Shown here: one piece after another, positions 31,815-43,140 of the stretch
Layout: each line of letters begins with the position of its first letter
How positions within the stretch are numbered: position 1 is the first letter of the stretch
DNA from: Minutocellus sp. GHC0000111
Taxonomy: Eukaryota
DNA: 64,000 bases
Assembly (NCBI GenBank): GCA_977018835.1
Contig: OZ361256.1
Span: forward strand, 4,588,001 to 4,652,000
Direction of reading: 5' to 3'
The notes under the pieces: model-generated
Told to the model about the DNA's origin: nothing
The model's input: the letters and a program-made list of their open reading frames with translations, nothing else
The model's database searches: none
Made by a program: the position numbers and the translations under genes

Positions 31815-34568
31815 ATGGACTTCTCGACCCCGGCCCGATCGCTGCAGTCTCTCTCCAGACGCAACCCCCCGCTGCCGGCGGAGGTGGTCGACCACGGTTC
31901 CCGTCTCCTCGAGCTGCATGGTCTGCTCTTTGCCGCCGGCGGTGGTACCGAAAGCAGCGAGACGACGACGGCAACCCGGGAGGCATGCGAGGAGTACGGC
32001 AAGCTCATTCTGGACATGATTGGGATGGGCTGCAGTGGTGCCGCCGCCGGAGGTGAAGGTGGTACTGCTTCCGATAAAAGTGGCCCAGCAAGAATGAGGT
32101 GGGAGCCGCTCGCCGTCGGGCTGCACCTGGCCAATGATTATTTTGAGCAGCTGGGCCGGTCCGTCTCTGCCGCGACTGTCACTTCAGCCGGTGCAGGCGC
32201 CGCCGGCGAGGCCACGACGTACTTTGAGGGACCGCGCGTGCCGACGCTGACGGCCGTCGGGCCGAGTTCCACCGGCGTCAGCCACGCCACGACCGGTGCA
32301 GCAGCCAGTAGCAAGCAGTCGGATGCTTCGTCTTCGGCCGGAGATGCATCGGCATCGATGATTCCAAAGGCGGTGCTACTGGTTCTCTTTGGTAGCGACT
32401 CGACTGCAATCGCCAGTGCTTTCTGCCAGCCCCTTCTGGCCCTGGCGCAGGCCAATCTGGAGCACTCGGAGCCGCGGGTCCGCAGTCTCGTCGCACGTGT
32501 CGTCGGCAGTCATGCCCGGTTGGCCACGCTCCTGGCATTGATGGCTTCTCACGACGATGCCACCACCATGTCCGAGTCGGTCTACATGCTGACCACCCAG
32601 CGCCATTCTCTCCATGCGTACATCCAGCAGAGTTTGCAGACGCAGCTGTCGTTGGGCCGAGACGAATCCGGCCAAAAGTCCCGTGATTCCACCGGTGCCC
32701 TCGATGATACCACCGGTTGGAGGTCCGTCGAGACCAGTCTGCAGGCCGTGGCGGCCTACATCAATGGATGCGGCGGGGCGTACGTCAAGGACGATGCGCC
32801 TCCCGGTACGGCGCAGGATGGCCATACCGCCGACGATGGGGCCAAGGGTGCAGCCGATCTGTCCACCGAGGACGAGGGGACCCTCCTGGCCGCCTTGAGG
32901 TATTGCTCGATTTCGCACGTCAACCGTCACGTCCGGGCGGCCGGCGTCCAAGTGTTGGAGCAGCTCATCCATTTGGTCGTTGCTGCTGGATCGAGCAGCA
33001 TGGGCTCGTTGACCGACCCTACGTCGCCCCTGAGGATTGTCATTGTGGATGTTCTCAAGACGACCCTGGCTGATAACTGGTCTCAGGTCCGTATGGCCGG
33101 AAGTGTCCTGAACCGTGTCTATTGGTTGGCATTGCTGCAGAATCCTCTGCCCGAGGGAGTTGTTCTGGAGGAAACCACTGCCCCGCTCTACCCCATTCTG
33201 CTGCCGCGAATGTGTCTGAATCGCTTCTATCTGGCCCAGGGAGTCAAGCTGTACAGTCACGAAACTTGGAGGTTGGTCTTTGGTCAGACGGCAGGCGAAG
33301 GTTTGCGTCGCGTGGCCGAGAATGCCGGTGCCGTGTGCCGATACTACATCAAGATGGCTGATGCCGACAATCACGCCGTGCGAGAGGCTTCCTGCCAGGC
33401 CATTGCCGAACTGGCGCACAAGATTGGGTCGCACCCCACCTATGCTGAGTATCTCGCCCCGTACGTCCCCATGCTGCTCCAGGGACTTCTCATGTGTTTC
33501 CACGACGAAAGTTGGCCCGTCCGTGACGAGGCTTTCCTGGCATGTGGTACCTTTGTGAGGGCCTACCCCGAGGAGTGTCAGCCTGACCTCAAGACTCTGT
33601 TTGAGCGATGGACGGAGCAGCTCACGGATCAGATTTGGAGTGTGAGGGAGAACGCAGCCGTGGCCCTCGGCGATGCCATCGTGGCGTATGGCCAACCCAT
33701 GTTTGACGAGGTATTGCAGGTGGTCAAGACGAACCTGCCCACTGCACGGGAGCAGCCAGCCATGACCCGCGAGGAGTACAAGCGTCGGCAGAATGATATC
33801 GATGCCCACACCAACAGCCAGCTGTACTCGTGCGGATCCCTGGCGCCCAAGCTTGGCAAGGGCCGGAAGGATGGTGCTGGACGCATTGGCTGCTGCAATG
33901 GTGCCCTGACGCGAGAGCGTATGCCTTGGGAGGCCACCGATGGCTGCATCTATCTCATCCGCGAGCTTTGCGTCCGATGCACTGGTAGTGGAGAGGCGGT
34001 AGCTCAGGGCGTGGTCTTGTCGGATGAGGTCCTACTTCCTCTCCTCACAGAGCTCGAAGATGTATGCAGATGCAAGCACTTTCCCCAGTCGGATGATATG
34101 CGTGCTACCCTGTGGCGGCAGCTGCCCATAATGGCCAACGCCCTGGGCAAAAACCGATTCAAGCGCCAATATCTTCACATCTTTTTGGATTTGCTGGCCG
34201 CCAATCTTGATGCCGATCGATCTGGTTCCGGTGCTAGCCAGTTGTCCGTCCACGCCGCCGGACAATGTGCCGAGGAGCTCGCCAGACTGGTTGGACCTGG
34301 TATCTTCCGTGGAAGGCTTGAGGCAGAGGGAGAGTGGCAAGTGGAGGCATTCGACCGAGCGATGGAGGAGCGCAAGAAGAGTGCTCATATGGGACCACCC
34401 GCCGAGCAGGGATTTAGCCCTTTTGGTCCAGCTGAGCTCATCCCACAGCATCTTCAAGCCGCGACACCGCCAATTCCTACAACCGTAGGCGGGATGCACC
34501 CAGCCGCTTCGGCCCCGCAGGCCCCTCCCCGACCTGACAATGCTCTCGAGCGAGAGATGTCTCTTTAA
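31815..34568 (+). CDS. HEAT/ARM-repeat protein
   Basis: 917-aa ORF with repeated 'D.(S/N)W.VR' / 'H.VR' HEAT signatures (EPRVR, NRHVR, DNWSQVR, DNHAVR, DESWPVR, DQIWSVR). Confidence 0.85.
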   Translation: MDFSTPARSLQSLSRRNPPLPAEVVDHGSRLLELHGLLFAAGGGTESSETTTATREACEEYGKLILDMIGMGCSGAAAGGEGGTASDKSGPARMRWEPLAVGLHLANDYFEQLGRSVSAATVTSAGAGAAGEATTYFEGPRVPTLTAVGPSSTGVSHATTGAAASSKQSDASSSAGDASASMIPKAVLLVLFGSDSTAIASAFCQPLLALAQANLEHSEPRVRSLVARVVGSHARLATLLALMASHDDATTMSESVYMLTTQRHSLHAYIQQSLQTQLSLGRDESGQKSRDSTGALDDTTGWRSVETSLQAVAAYINGCGGAYVKDDAPPGTAQDGHTADDGAKGAADLSTEDEGTLLAALRYCSISHVNRHVRAAGVQVLEQLIHLVVAAGSSSMGSLTDPTSPLRIVIVDVLKTTLADNWSQVRMAGSVLNRVYWLALLQNPLPEGVVLEETTAPLYPILLPRMCLNRFYLAQGVKLYSHETWRLVFGQTAGEGLRRVAENAGAVCRYYIKMADADNHAVREASCQAIAELAHKIGSHPTYAEYLAPYVPMLLQGLLMCFHDESWPVRDEAFLACGTFVRAYPEECQPDLKTLFERWTEQLTDQIWSVRENAAVALGDAIVAYGQPMFDEVLQVVKTNLPTAREQPAMTREEYKRRQNDIDAHTNSQLYSCGSLAPKLGKGRKDGAGRIGCCNGALTRERMPWEATDGCIYLIRELCVRCTGSGEAVAQGVVLSDEVLLPLLTELEDVCRCKHFPQSDDMRATLWRQLPIMANALGKNRFKRQYLHIFLDLLAANLDADRSGSGASQLSVHAAGQCAEELARLVGPGIFRGRLEAEGEWQVEAFDRAMEERKKSAHMGPPAEQGFSPFGPAELIPQHLQAATPPIPTTVGGMHPAASAPQAPPRPDNALEREMSL

Positions 34569-34756
34569 TACGTAGTTAGACCAGAAGAAATACTTAGAAA
34601 GAGAAGATTAGACTAAAAAATGCTCTTTCATTAGATCGGTATATCTTATTCAAAATAAATAGTATCAGCATTTGGAACTCAGGGAATTTTCCAGACATAT
34701 TTTGTAGCTACTACTACAGTAGCTGGTTGGTCGATTGATTTTCAGCAAAGACATCA

Positions 34757-36682
34757 TCAGATAGATAGGACCATATCGCCATCGCCGCGAACTAGTAGGC
34801 ACGAAGTGCCATCATCCCCGACTTCGATAGGAGTAGTTTTCTGCGTGCCCATCTCGCCCTGGTAGCGTAGGCAGAACGATCTCAGAGCGTCCGTTTGGGA
34901 ATCTCCACAATTCTCTAGAGTGATGGACTCGATGGAGTCGGAATCAATTCCAGATGAAAGCAACGATGCGGTTTCTAGATTGAAATCTTTGAGGTGGAGT
35001 TTGCGAAGAGTTGGGGGGCACTCCGACAGCCCCTGGCCGATATCGGGGAGCACAAAATCATGATGAATATTGGGGTGTTCTCCGTGGGAAAGAGAAAGCA
35101 CTTCGAGGACTGGCATTCCTCGGAGGAGCCAGGAAAGAATTGTAGATACTGCGTTGGTGCGATAGTAGGGATGGGCGAACGTCACTACCCCAGTTGTAGC
35201 GTGCGGAATGATACGACCAAGGGAAAAGACACGAAGGCGAGGAAGACATGCGATTTGTCTCCCCTCAACAGCCGCGGGAATAGCACGGCTTGTGTATCGG
35301 TCTCCTTCGACCACCGACGGTAACTTTAGCACCTCCAGAAGAGGACAAAGGCGCCCAATACTAGAGACATCTGACCACTTGATGCCCTTCTGAGCTCACA
35401 AGGGTTTACGGGGACAATAATAGGTGAGGTGGGGTGAAAAATAAGCGAGGGAATCTCCTGGTAGCATGTTCAGCAAAGAAAAACAGGAAGAGGCACTTAC
35501 CATCGTCAACGCACGCAATATTGATGGTCCTGAGTCGCTCGCTGTCTTGGTGAGGTCCAGAACTTTTAGGGAATTACATGTACCACATGGAGGAATCATA
35601 CTCGAAAGTGCGACGGACAAATCAAAGTTTTCAGTACTCATCACCACATCATTGAACAAAACAAATGCCGGGGCCTCGAGCACCTCCAATTTGACACAAT
35701 TAGTAAGAGTATTCTTCAGAAAAGAACTCAAACAAAGCTCATCTCGCGATACATTGTCAATCCGCAGGATTTGAAGAGCATGACCGAGACCATTACTGCC
35801 ATGGAGCAAAGCGTCGTTGATCTTCGGCCCAGTCAACACGAGCTTTTTTATCCTATAGAAAGCAGGGCTTTCGTGCTGGGTACCCGCGATTTCATCCAAA
35901 CGGCCGTTGAGCACTGCCTCCTTAATCAATGCTCTGCTTTCTGCTGAACGGTGTGCTTGTTCAATCTCCGAAAGCGCAGTGCACACTGACATGTACCCAC
36001 ACCTGTCGGTCGTTGCAACTCTGACTCCAGTGACGGATTTGACATCGGGCACCCACTTCAAGAGCTTATCAAAAGCCTTGGCCGTAGGTGGACCCGAATC
36101 ATCAGAAAGATCCACGAACAGCCCCGGGGTGGTCTTGAAGACTTTCCAAGCTCGGCAAACCTTGCTCACGCACACCACCTTGTCACGGAGGTTGAGTCGG
36201 CCCAGAACATCCCTCATGACGTCCGACGGGATACCGGACCAGCCCTCGGTGTTGATCACCCGAGTTTCCTTGGCTACTGATGTAGTGCCAGTGATGAGCT
36301 TTCGGAGCTTTCGTCCCGTATCCGATGACGACGAGGAGGAGGACTCGGCCTTGCGCTTCGAGGCTGACCGAGCCGCCGCCGTCAGATCGGCAAGAGTGAT
36401 GGGAATGCCCTCGACTAGCTGCCTGCGCACTAGCTGCTCAAATCCATCACGCGTAACGTTAGGCAAAATCTCATCAATCTTGGACGCCGACGCCCGAACG
36501 ATGGGTTTCTCATTGCTCCCATCATTGGCCGAGGGCTTGGGTGCCGCCGAGGCTTGCTCATCGCCATGAAGGTTCTTGGGCAATGCCTTGGGGTCGGCGG
36601 TCACTCGACGGCGTTTCGTCTTGCGATTCCGACTCCCGGCGCCGCCGCTTCTATTGCCGCCATCACCAGCAGTCGTCTTCAT
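34757..36682 (-). CDS. F-box / LRR (RNI-like) protein; intron 35390-35500
   Basis: F-box 'WSGIPSDVMRDVLGRLNLRDKVVCVSKVCRAWK'; LRR-like 'CVKLEVL', 'LKVLDL', 'LCPLLEVLKL', 'MPVLEVLSL', 'TLRKLHL'; GTAAGT..CTCAG intron is in frame. Confidence 0.8.
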
Positions 36683-36920
36683 AATGATAACTATCCAGAT
36701 AGATGTGTGGTACCGCTCTTTGTTACTGGCCTGGTGCTTGGCTCTAGCTAGGAATTCCTACTGCGTGCCGCGTATCTTGCTTCTGCTCAAGAGCTAGACA
36801 CGAAAATAGGTGATCCCCATAATTTGAGCAGAGCCCCTCAATTCGTTTTTCGAGAATGAGCCGCAACCAGTCATCTCATCCATCCATCCATCCATCCATC
36901 CATCCTCTGCAATCGCAGCG

Positions 36921-38438
36921 ATGGCGTCGTCGGCCTCTGCTCCCACCGCTCCAGCATGGCGCCTCCACCCAGCCAACATCCCTACATTGCAAGGGGCATG
37001 TATGTCCGTCATCCGATCCGACCAGCGGCTCATGGACGCCGTGTTGCTCCAGGCGGACGAGCTCGGTCTGCCCCAGCACATTGTGGACGAGAAATTGGGA
37101 GAAGTTGAGAGGGACACTTATGGTGCAAGCTCGTGTGGTGGCGGGAGCGGCGCCATTCCCACGGCTGATCAGAGTCCCGACCCAAGCTGTCCCTGTCGGG
37201 ACGGTAGCTGCATGGTCGGGTTCTTTCCATCGAGCGCTGTATTCATAAACGAACACCAGGTTGTGCTGCTCGATGGCAAGTCGGGTTGTCTGAAGCGATG
37301 CATTTGTACATTCGGTTCAAATAACAGTGCAGTTGATGGGGCAACGAATTACGATACCTACCACTTTTCAGAAATTGAGGTAATTCCAGAGGCATTCCAT
37401 CGAAGATGGGGTGGAGACCTCGGCTCGGACCGATATGTATTGCGAAAGGATGGTGCAGCGGTGGGCGTAGCGTCGGGTACCATGTGCATTTATCCATTGA
37501 ATTCCAAGAGAGAGATTAGGACTGCACTGCGTTTCCGCCGTGCGTTCCCTGCGGAGAAATACGTTTCGTTGCATCTCCCAAGAACAATACAAGAGGGGGT
37601 TGGTGCCGATTGCAAGTCTGAGGAAGGTGGGGTGCTATTCGCTTTGGCAAATCGTAATGGAAAGTGGCGACATCAAAAGGTACCGAGCAGACCGTTTGAT
37701 TTGAGACGGATTTATCTGAAGTCGGGTGCTACAATTGACGTTGGCGAAGACGTGACGAGTAAATATGCTGCCGCTTCGGCGTCAAATGGGGATAGCAGGG
37801 CACATCTAGCTCGGCGAACTACCACGAAGGTTGCTGGTCCGTGGCAAAATTTACCCAAGGATATTCAAGTACAATCGTTCTTGGATTTGGGAGACGACAA
37901 AATAATGTTATTGGGTGACAGCAGTGCAGGAAACGAATCACATGAAGGAAATAATGTGCCAAGAAGAGAGATTTGTTTATTTCGTGGATCCATAGGAATC
38001 GACGAGCGTGGTGCTCCAACGGTAGCATGGTCAAAAGAACCTGTTGTGCTGCGTGATGAGGTGAAGGCAGACGAAGATGAACATCGAAAGGAAAGCTTAA
38101 ATTACCGGTATATGTGCATTTACGCCGAGTCTTTGACTCAGGGCTGCTACAATAGTGAGCAGGCAAAATCAGGAATTCCATTCTTTACTTCTGCAAACAA
38201 TGGGAAGACATGGGGACAACCTGGATTTGCACCTTCTGCCGATATTCTCTGTGGAGGCAAAGATGGAATCCCAGCAGTTTTGGCCATATCTCCTGAGAAA
38301 GGAAAGCTCTTTGCGTTCGGATGTGACCCATCAGAGTGTAAGTCTGCAGAGCATAAACGACTGATGGGGCTGACTGGAATAAAGAACAAGCAAAGGCTCC
38401 AGTGGCCGTCGCTGCGTGTCTATCAATGGGTAAGGTGA
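36921..38438 (+). CDS. Hypothetical protein, possibly a beta-propeller with an Asp-box/BNR-like motif
   Basis: 505-aa intact ORF; 'FTSANNGKTWG' resembles SxDxGxTW. Confidence 0.6.
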   Translation: MASSASAPTAPAWRLHPANIPTLQGACMSVIRSDQRLMDAVLLQADELGLPQHIVDEKLGEVERDTYGASSCGGGSGAIPTADQSPDPSCPCRDGSCMVGFFPSSAVFINEHQVVLLDGKSGCLKRCICTFGSNNSAVDGATNYDTYHFSEIEVIPEAFHRRWGGDLGSDRYVLRKDGAAVGVASGTMCIYPLNSKREIRTALRFRRAFPAEKYVSLHLPRTIQEGVGADCKSEEGGVLFALANRNGKWRHQKVPSRPFDLRRIYLKSGATIDVGEDVTSKYAAASASNGDSRAHLARRTTTKVAGPWQNLPKDIQVQSFLDLGDDKIMLLGDSSAGNESHEGNNVPRREICLFRGSIGIDERGAPTVAWSKEPVVLRDEVKADEDEHRKESLNYRYMCIYAESLTQGCYNSEQAKSGIPFFTSANNGKTWGQPGFAPSADILCGGKDGIPAVLAISPEKGKLFAFGCDPSECKSAEHKRLMGLTGIKNKQRLQWPSLRVYQWVR

Positions 38439-38608
38439 CGAAGGGTGATACCATTATGTAGAAGAGTAAATAAAGAAATCGAATGCGAAACCGCATTACT
38501 TTAGATTTAGATTTAGTAGAGATACATATTAGATATACATGTACTGATGCCATCCTTCATTTTACCTAGCCTAGACACGAGCAAACCGCCACCACATCAC
38601 CACCGGCT

Positions 38609-40342
38609 CTATGCAGCCCCACCTCTCTTGAACAATCCTCGAAGACCTCGTCTTCTGTGAGAAGCCTTGACGCCAGCAGGAACGACGCCATTGGGTATAG
38701 AATCGTCTAATTTCGATGCCATCTCTACGGGAGACGATAACTTTAGTCCATCGGCATTTGCCTCTTCGAAAGGTGCCGCTTTTCTCTCACTACTACTAGT
38801 AGTGCTGGTGCCCTTTTGCTCGGTGTTAGGACGAACAGTTTGTTTCTTTGAAGTAGGGAAATAATGAAGAAAATGACAATCGCGCTTGGCATCTACCCAC
38901 TTGTGGCGAGGAGAGGGAGACATTTGAACGGTGACGAGGGATGGATAGGCCTTGTCACGGTAATCGAGAATATTTTCTTTCTTGTCGTTGACCCATGTCT
39001 CAAGTCGTAAGTTGGCAGCATCCACATCGAAAGAAGGACAATCCGTTTCCTGAACAAGCCCTTTCCAATAATCTCCTTGAAACCAGCTAATTAAAAGGCC
39101 AGGGATCGAAAGAGAAGATGTCGTACATACGACGCATATTTGAGCCAAAATGTGAAAGCAAATATTTTCATGATGCATTCAGACAAGCACATAACAATAT
39201 GTCATGCATGCATAAGGTACGTACATCATTTCCGTCACACTTTGCATTTTCTCTTCCCGCTCGCGCCACTTTTGAGAATCAGCCTTCATGTCTACAGTGG
39301 GCGGTAGACGGATGCGTCCCAGGATTACATCCCTCACATAATAGCTCTGCGCGTCGAACATACCAAAGGTGTAGAATTGATTCTGCATGCCCAGATAGAA
39401 GAGTCGAGGATTGGGCTCAAACACCACGCCCCTGTACAGATCCATAGGCCAAAGTCGGTTCTTAGTGGAAAGGGCGAGATCCTTCGGCAAGAAGTCGAAG
39501 TTGTGAACGTATCCTGTAGCGAGACAAACGGCATCGAACTTCTTCGTCGAGCCATCCTTGAAGTGGAAGATCCCATCCCTATCGACTCTTTCCAAGAGGG
39601 GACGCTCATCGATATTTTCGGGCCAGTCGTAGCCCAACGGACTGGATCGGTAGGAGAGAGTGACGGACTTGGCACCGTACTTCCACGACTGCAACGCAAT
39701 GTCCTCGGCAGAGTAGCTGGAACCGATGATGAGAAGATCCTTGTTCTTGTACCTTGCTGCGTCACGGAAATCGTGGGAGTGGATCACCTCGCCCCTAAAG
39801 TTCATTTCGAGTCCCTCGAATTCGGGCACGTTGGGAACCGAGAAATGCCCGGTGGCAACGATGACATGATCGAAGGTTTCGGTCTCGCATCGATCGTCCA
39901 CCAAATCGTGCCAGGTCACGTCAAACGTCTCGTCGCCAGGATCGTACGTGACCTCTCGGACGGCCGTGCGGAAGCGGCACCATTTACCCACCCCACCCTT
40001 ATCCTCCCGACCCTGAAGGTAGTGCCACAACACCTCTCTGGGCGGATACGTGGCGATGGGTCGGCCAAAGTGCTCCTCGAAGGTGTAGTCGGGAAACTCC
40101 AGGCATTCCTTGGGGGCGTTGGCGAACAGGTACTTGTACATGCTGCTGTGGATCGGCTCTCCGTACTCGTCCTCCCCCGTTTCGAGGGTAAAGTTCCAGA
40201 TCCCTCCCCAGCTTTCCTGCCGCTCGAAGCAGACGATGTCCAGTTCCGAGGCGAGGTCCGGGTCCTTGTCGAGGGCCGATCGAAAGCTCATCAGGGTGGC
40301 CATGCCGGAAGGACCCGCGCCGATCACTGCGATGCGCTTCAT
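38609..40342 (-). CDS. Bacterial-type flavin-containing monooxygenase (trimethylamine monooxygenase/mFMO-like); intron 39087-39224
   Basis: 'KRIAVIGAGPSG', 'GEPIHSSMYKYLFANAPKECLEF', 'YPPREVLW', FMO motif 'FRGEVIHSHDFRD', 'GSSYSAEDIA', 'MFDAQSYYVRDVILGR'; spliced 'EMIWFQGDY'. Confidence 0.92.
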
Positions 40343-40535
40343 GCGGAGAGATATTGTTGTAATAGAGATCAGATGGATGAATAGTGATTTACATGCGCGT
40401 GCGATTGTGCTGGACGAGAGAGCCGAGAGAGAGAGAGAGAGAGAGGCGAGAGCCAAGATGTAGCTAGGCCGGCAGGCAGGCCGGCGCCATGGCGCGGCCG
40501 ATGCTCGGCGATGCTTCTCTTTTTGAGTTCGCAGA

Positions 40536-40773
40536 TAGTCATAGGGAAACCTGGGGGTAATTTCCAGAAATACTGGGGGGCAAACCCCCAGGATTAACCT
40601 GGGATCCTGGGGTCCCTCGGAAAAACGGCAAAATGCCCCCATGTACGAGGAATTCTTAATAGTAGCTACTACTAGTAACACGTGCGTAGGGGCGGGGGGC
40701 AAACTCAGAAATCCTGGGGGAAATCCCAGGTTTAGGGGTAACCCGGAAAGTCCCCCCAGGTTTCTTTAGACTA
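40536..40773. mobile_element. Non-autonomous hAT-type MITE (238 bp)
   Basis: 8-bp TSD TTCGCAGA (40528-40535 and 40774-40781); imperfect TIRs TAGTC.TA.(G/A)GAAACCTGGGGG; many CCTGGG/CCCAGG subterminal motifs. Confidence 0.85.
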
Positions 40774-40921
40774 TTCGCAGAAGCAGATCTTTTTTTGGCC
40801 TGTAAAAATTCGAATGCTGGAGAGTTCAAACTGCGCCGCTGCCATTTGTCAGAACGGGTACTCCAAGTAACGACGCCGCGTCTACCTTCGAACAAGCACG
40901 CCCTATCTTCAGAACGCAGCT

Positions 40922-42187
40922 ATGACATCGAACGCAGTAGAACTAGTTGGCGTTGGCCACATCGGCACGGGTGGGGTCGATGTTGGGGAAAGGCGTCCGA
41001 TGAGTGAGTGGAAAAAACTCCGATGGACAATTCACGGGTTTGCAAACCTCCCGCACGGTCTGGGACGTTGTGTCAACTCTCCAAAGCTCGAGTGCCACGG
41101 CTATAAATGGGATCTTCAAGTCTACCCAAATGGCAAATATGAAGTTGGTTTTGTCTCCATCTATCTTGCTTGCCCCAGTGCATGCTACGACACCCCGTGC
41201 TGGCAGAGGCTAACATTTTTCTCTGCACTCGAACGAAAAGATTTCGGGGCCGATCATTTGAAGAAGTCGACCTGCAATGCTGCTATTCTAAGGATACAAG
41301 ATACGAGCCGACTGGATTCCCACATTTCACGCTACGTTCATCATTACTTGACAGCGACGAAGGTGTTTAAGCAAGATGGATCGTTGGTGTTCGAGGTCGA
41401 GATTCGTGTCCGGCAGAACACGATACGTAACAAGGCGCAGGTTGCTACAATCTGGAAGCCTTCTAATACCCTATCGGTGGATATGCTCAAGATGCTCGAC
41501 TCGGCCGATGCGGACAACTCTGATGTGAGCTTTGAGGTTGGAAAGGGCCGAAAGACCAAAATGAAGAATGGAAAGGAATTGTTTCATGCTCACTCCCTCA
41601 TCCTCAAATCACGGGCTCCTCTACTTGCCAGCCTGACCGAGGATATGGAGGAAGGCACGCCCATTCCAATCGAAGATATGGAACCATATATCTTTCGCAA
41701 GGTTCTGCGCTTTATTTATGGCGGTGAGGTACCGCCCGAAGATGTGCTCAAGAGTGAAGCCCGCACAATCATTCGAGCCGCCGACCGGTTCGGGGTTACT
41801 GGTCTCAAGCTATCAGCCGAAGCTGAGCTGGCATCGGCTGGGATCGATGTAAACAATTGTGCCGGGCTGATTCTATTAGCCGATGGCACCAGCTGTGCAA
41901 TGCTCAAGGAAGCGGCCATTGACTACTTTGTCGCCAATTCGGCTTATGTTTTGGCATCGGATGGATACGGGATGATCGAGCAATCCCCCTCCATTACCAA
42001 GGAGTTGATGCTGGCCATGGCAGTCGGAAGTAAGAAGTGCCCTGCAAAAGATATCAACGGTGAAGATATCAAGCGCATGCGCGTCTCGACTCTGCGGCAG
42101 AAGCTCGAGGAAAAGGGTTTGGATGTCGATGGCTCGAAAGAGATGTTGGTGGCTCGCCTTTTGGAGAATGAAGCGGCGGATGGATGA
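40922..42187 (+). CDS. MATH-BTB/POZ protein with C-terminal SAP domain
   Basis: MATH 'WTIHGF..SPKLECHGYKWDLQVYPNG'; BTB 'SDVSFEV..FHAHSLILKSRAP..FRKVLRFIYG..AADRFG'; SAP 'MRVSTLRQKLEEKGLDVDGSKEMLVARL'. Confidence 0.9.
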   Translation: MTSNAVELVGVGHIGTGGVDVGERRPMSEWKKLRWTIHGFANLPHGLGRCVNSPKLECHGYKWDLQVYPNGKYEVGFVSIYLACPSACYDTPCWQRLTFFSALERKDFGADHLKKSTCNAAILRIQDTSRLDSHISRYVHHYLTATKVFKQDGSLVFEVEIRVRQNTIRNKAQVATIWKPSNTLSVDMLKMLDSADADNSDVSFEVGKGRKTKMKNGKELFHAHSLILKSRAPLLASLTEDMEEGTPIPIEDMEPYIFRKVLRFIYGGEVPPEDVLKSEARTIIRAADRFGVTGLKLSAEAELASAGIDVNNCAGLILLADGTSCAMLKEAAIDYFVANSAYVLASDGYGMIEQSPSITKELMLAMAVGSKKCPAKDINGEDIKRMRVSTLRQKLEEKGLDVDGSKEMLVARLLENEAADG

Positions 42188-42390
42188 TACATGTACATGT
42201 AGTGGTAGATGGGAAGCGAAGAAAGTAGAACAAGCAAAGCCAGCCGCAAATAATTACTCATAGCGTCGTTCAGGTCCACTTCTAAAACCTCTAAACTGCT
42301 CGTAGTAACCATATTCTCGACCCATGTACTGATCTACTGATTATGTCGATCCTATAAACGTCTATGTAGTAGAAAACTGTTATATATATA

Positions 42391-43140
42391 TGTTAGTCCC
42401 AAAATGCGCACTGTCCCAGTTCGCGAACTGGGATCCCAGTTTGCGAACTGAGATTCATTTATCCCAGTTTGCGCACTGGGCCCCAGTTCCCAAACTAGGA
42501 TCTCAGTTTGCGCACTGATACTACCAGAATGGAAACTGAGATAAACACGCCAATCCGAATTTGGGAACCAGACGAGTTCGCGAACTGGAACAAAAATGAA
42601 TACCAGTTTGGAAACTGGCATTCTCGGCAAGTGTCAGAATGGTAACTGCCGGTGTTGGCTCATGCACAATGATTATGTACTGGTAGATCTATCTACAATA
42701 CAAGTTGCACTGTGCATCATATCTTGAATTTGCAAGCTACATGTACTGGTACAGTAGCAACATGATGCCGGCATAGCACAGATGCATGTACAGTTCATGA
42801 CTTATATTTGCCAGAAGCAGCTAGCTAGATATTATTATTTTTTCACTATATGTATTTAGTATCAGCTAATGCCAATTTATTGAGTATCAGCTCCGGCACT
42901 AATGTCGTCTGGACGTCTGGACCAGGTTTGGGCTGTGTTGCTTCACTATGAAAAAATGAAGCGAGGAGAAGCAAAGACGATATCATCCATGCTAAATTTT
43001 CATTATTTCTCGATTGATCCCAGTTTGCAAACTGAGATTGTGCCTATGATCCCAGTTTCCAAACTGGGATAAATAAATCCTAGTTCGCAAACTGGGATCC
43101 CAGTTCGCGAACTGGGACAGTGCGCATTTTGGGACTAACA
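42391..43140. mobile_element. MITE / non-autonomous DNA transposon (750 bp), TA-flanked, Tc1/mariner-like
   Basis: Perfect 59-bp TIRs (tgttagtcccaaaatgcgcactgtcccagttcgcgaactgggatcccagtttgcgaact); TA on both sides; about 12 palindromic CCCAGTT.GCGAACTGGG-like subrepeats; non-coding AT-rich core. Confidence 0.92.

Noticed and set aside
40745..40756. GGAAAGTCCCC resembling the RNase MRP/P conserved region I
   Set aside because: Lies in the MITE terminal region and no matching CR-V partner was seen.
42391..42620. Palindromic repeats as a CRISPR-like array
   Set aside because: Spacers are short and irregular, the repeats are mirrored in a TIR, the context is eukaryotic and there are no cas genes.
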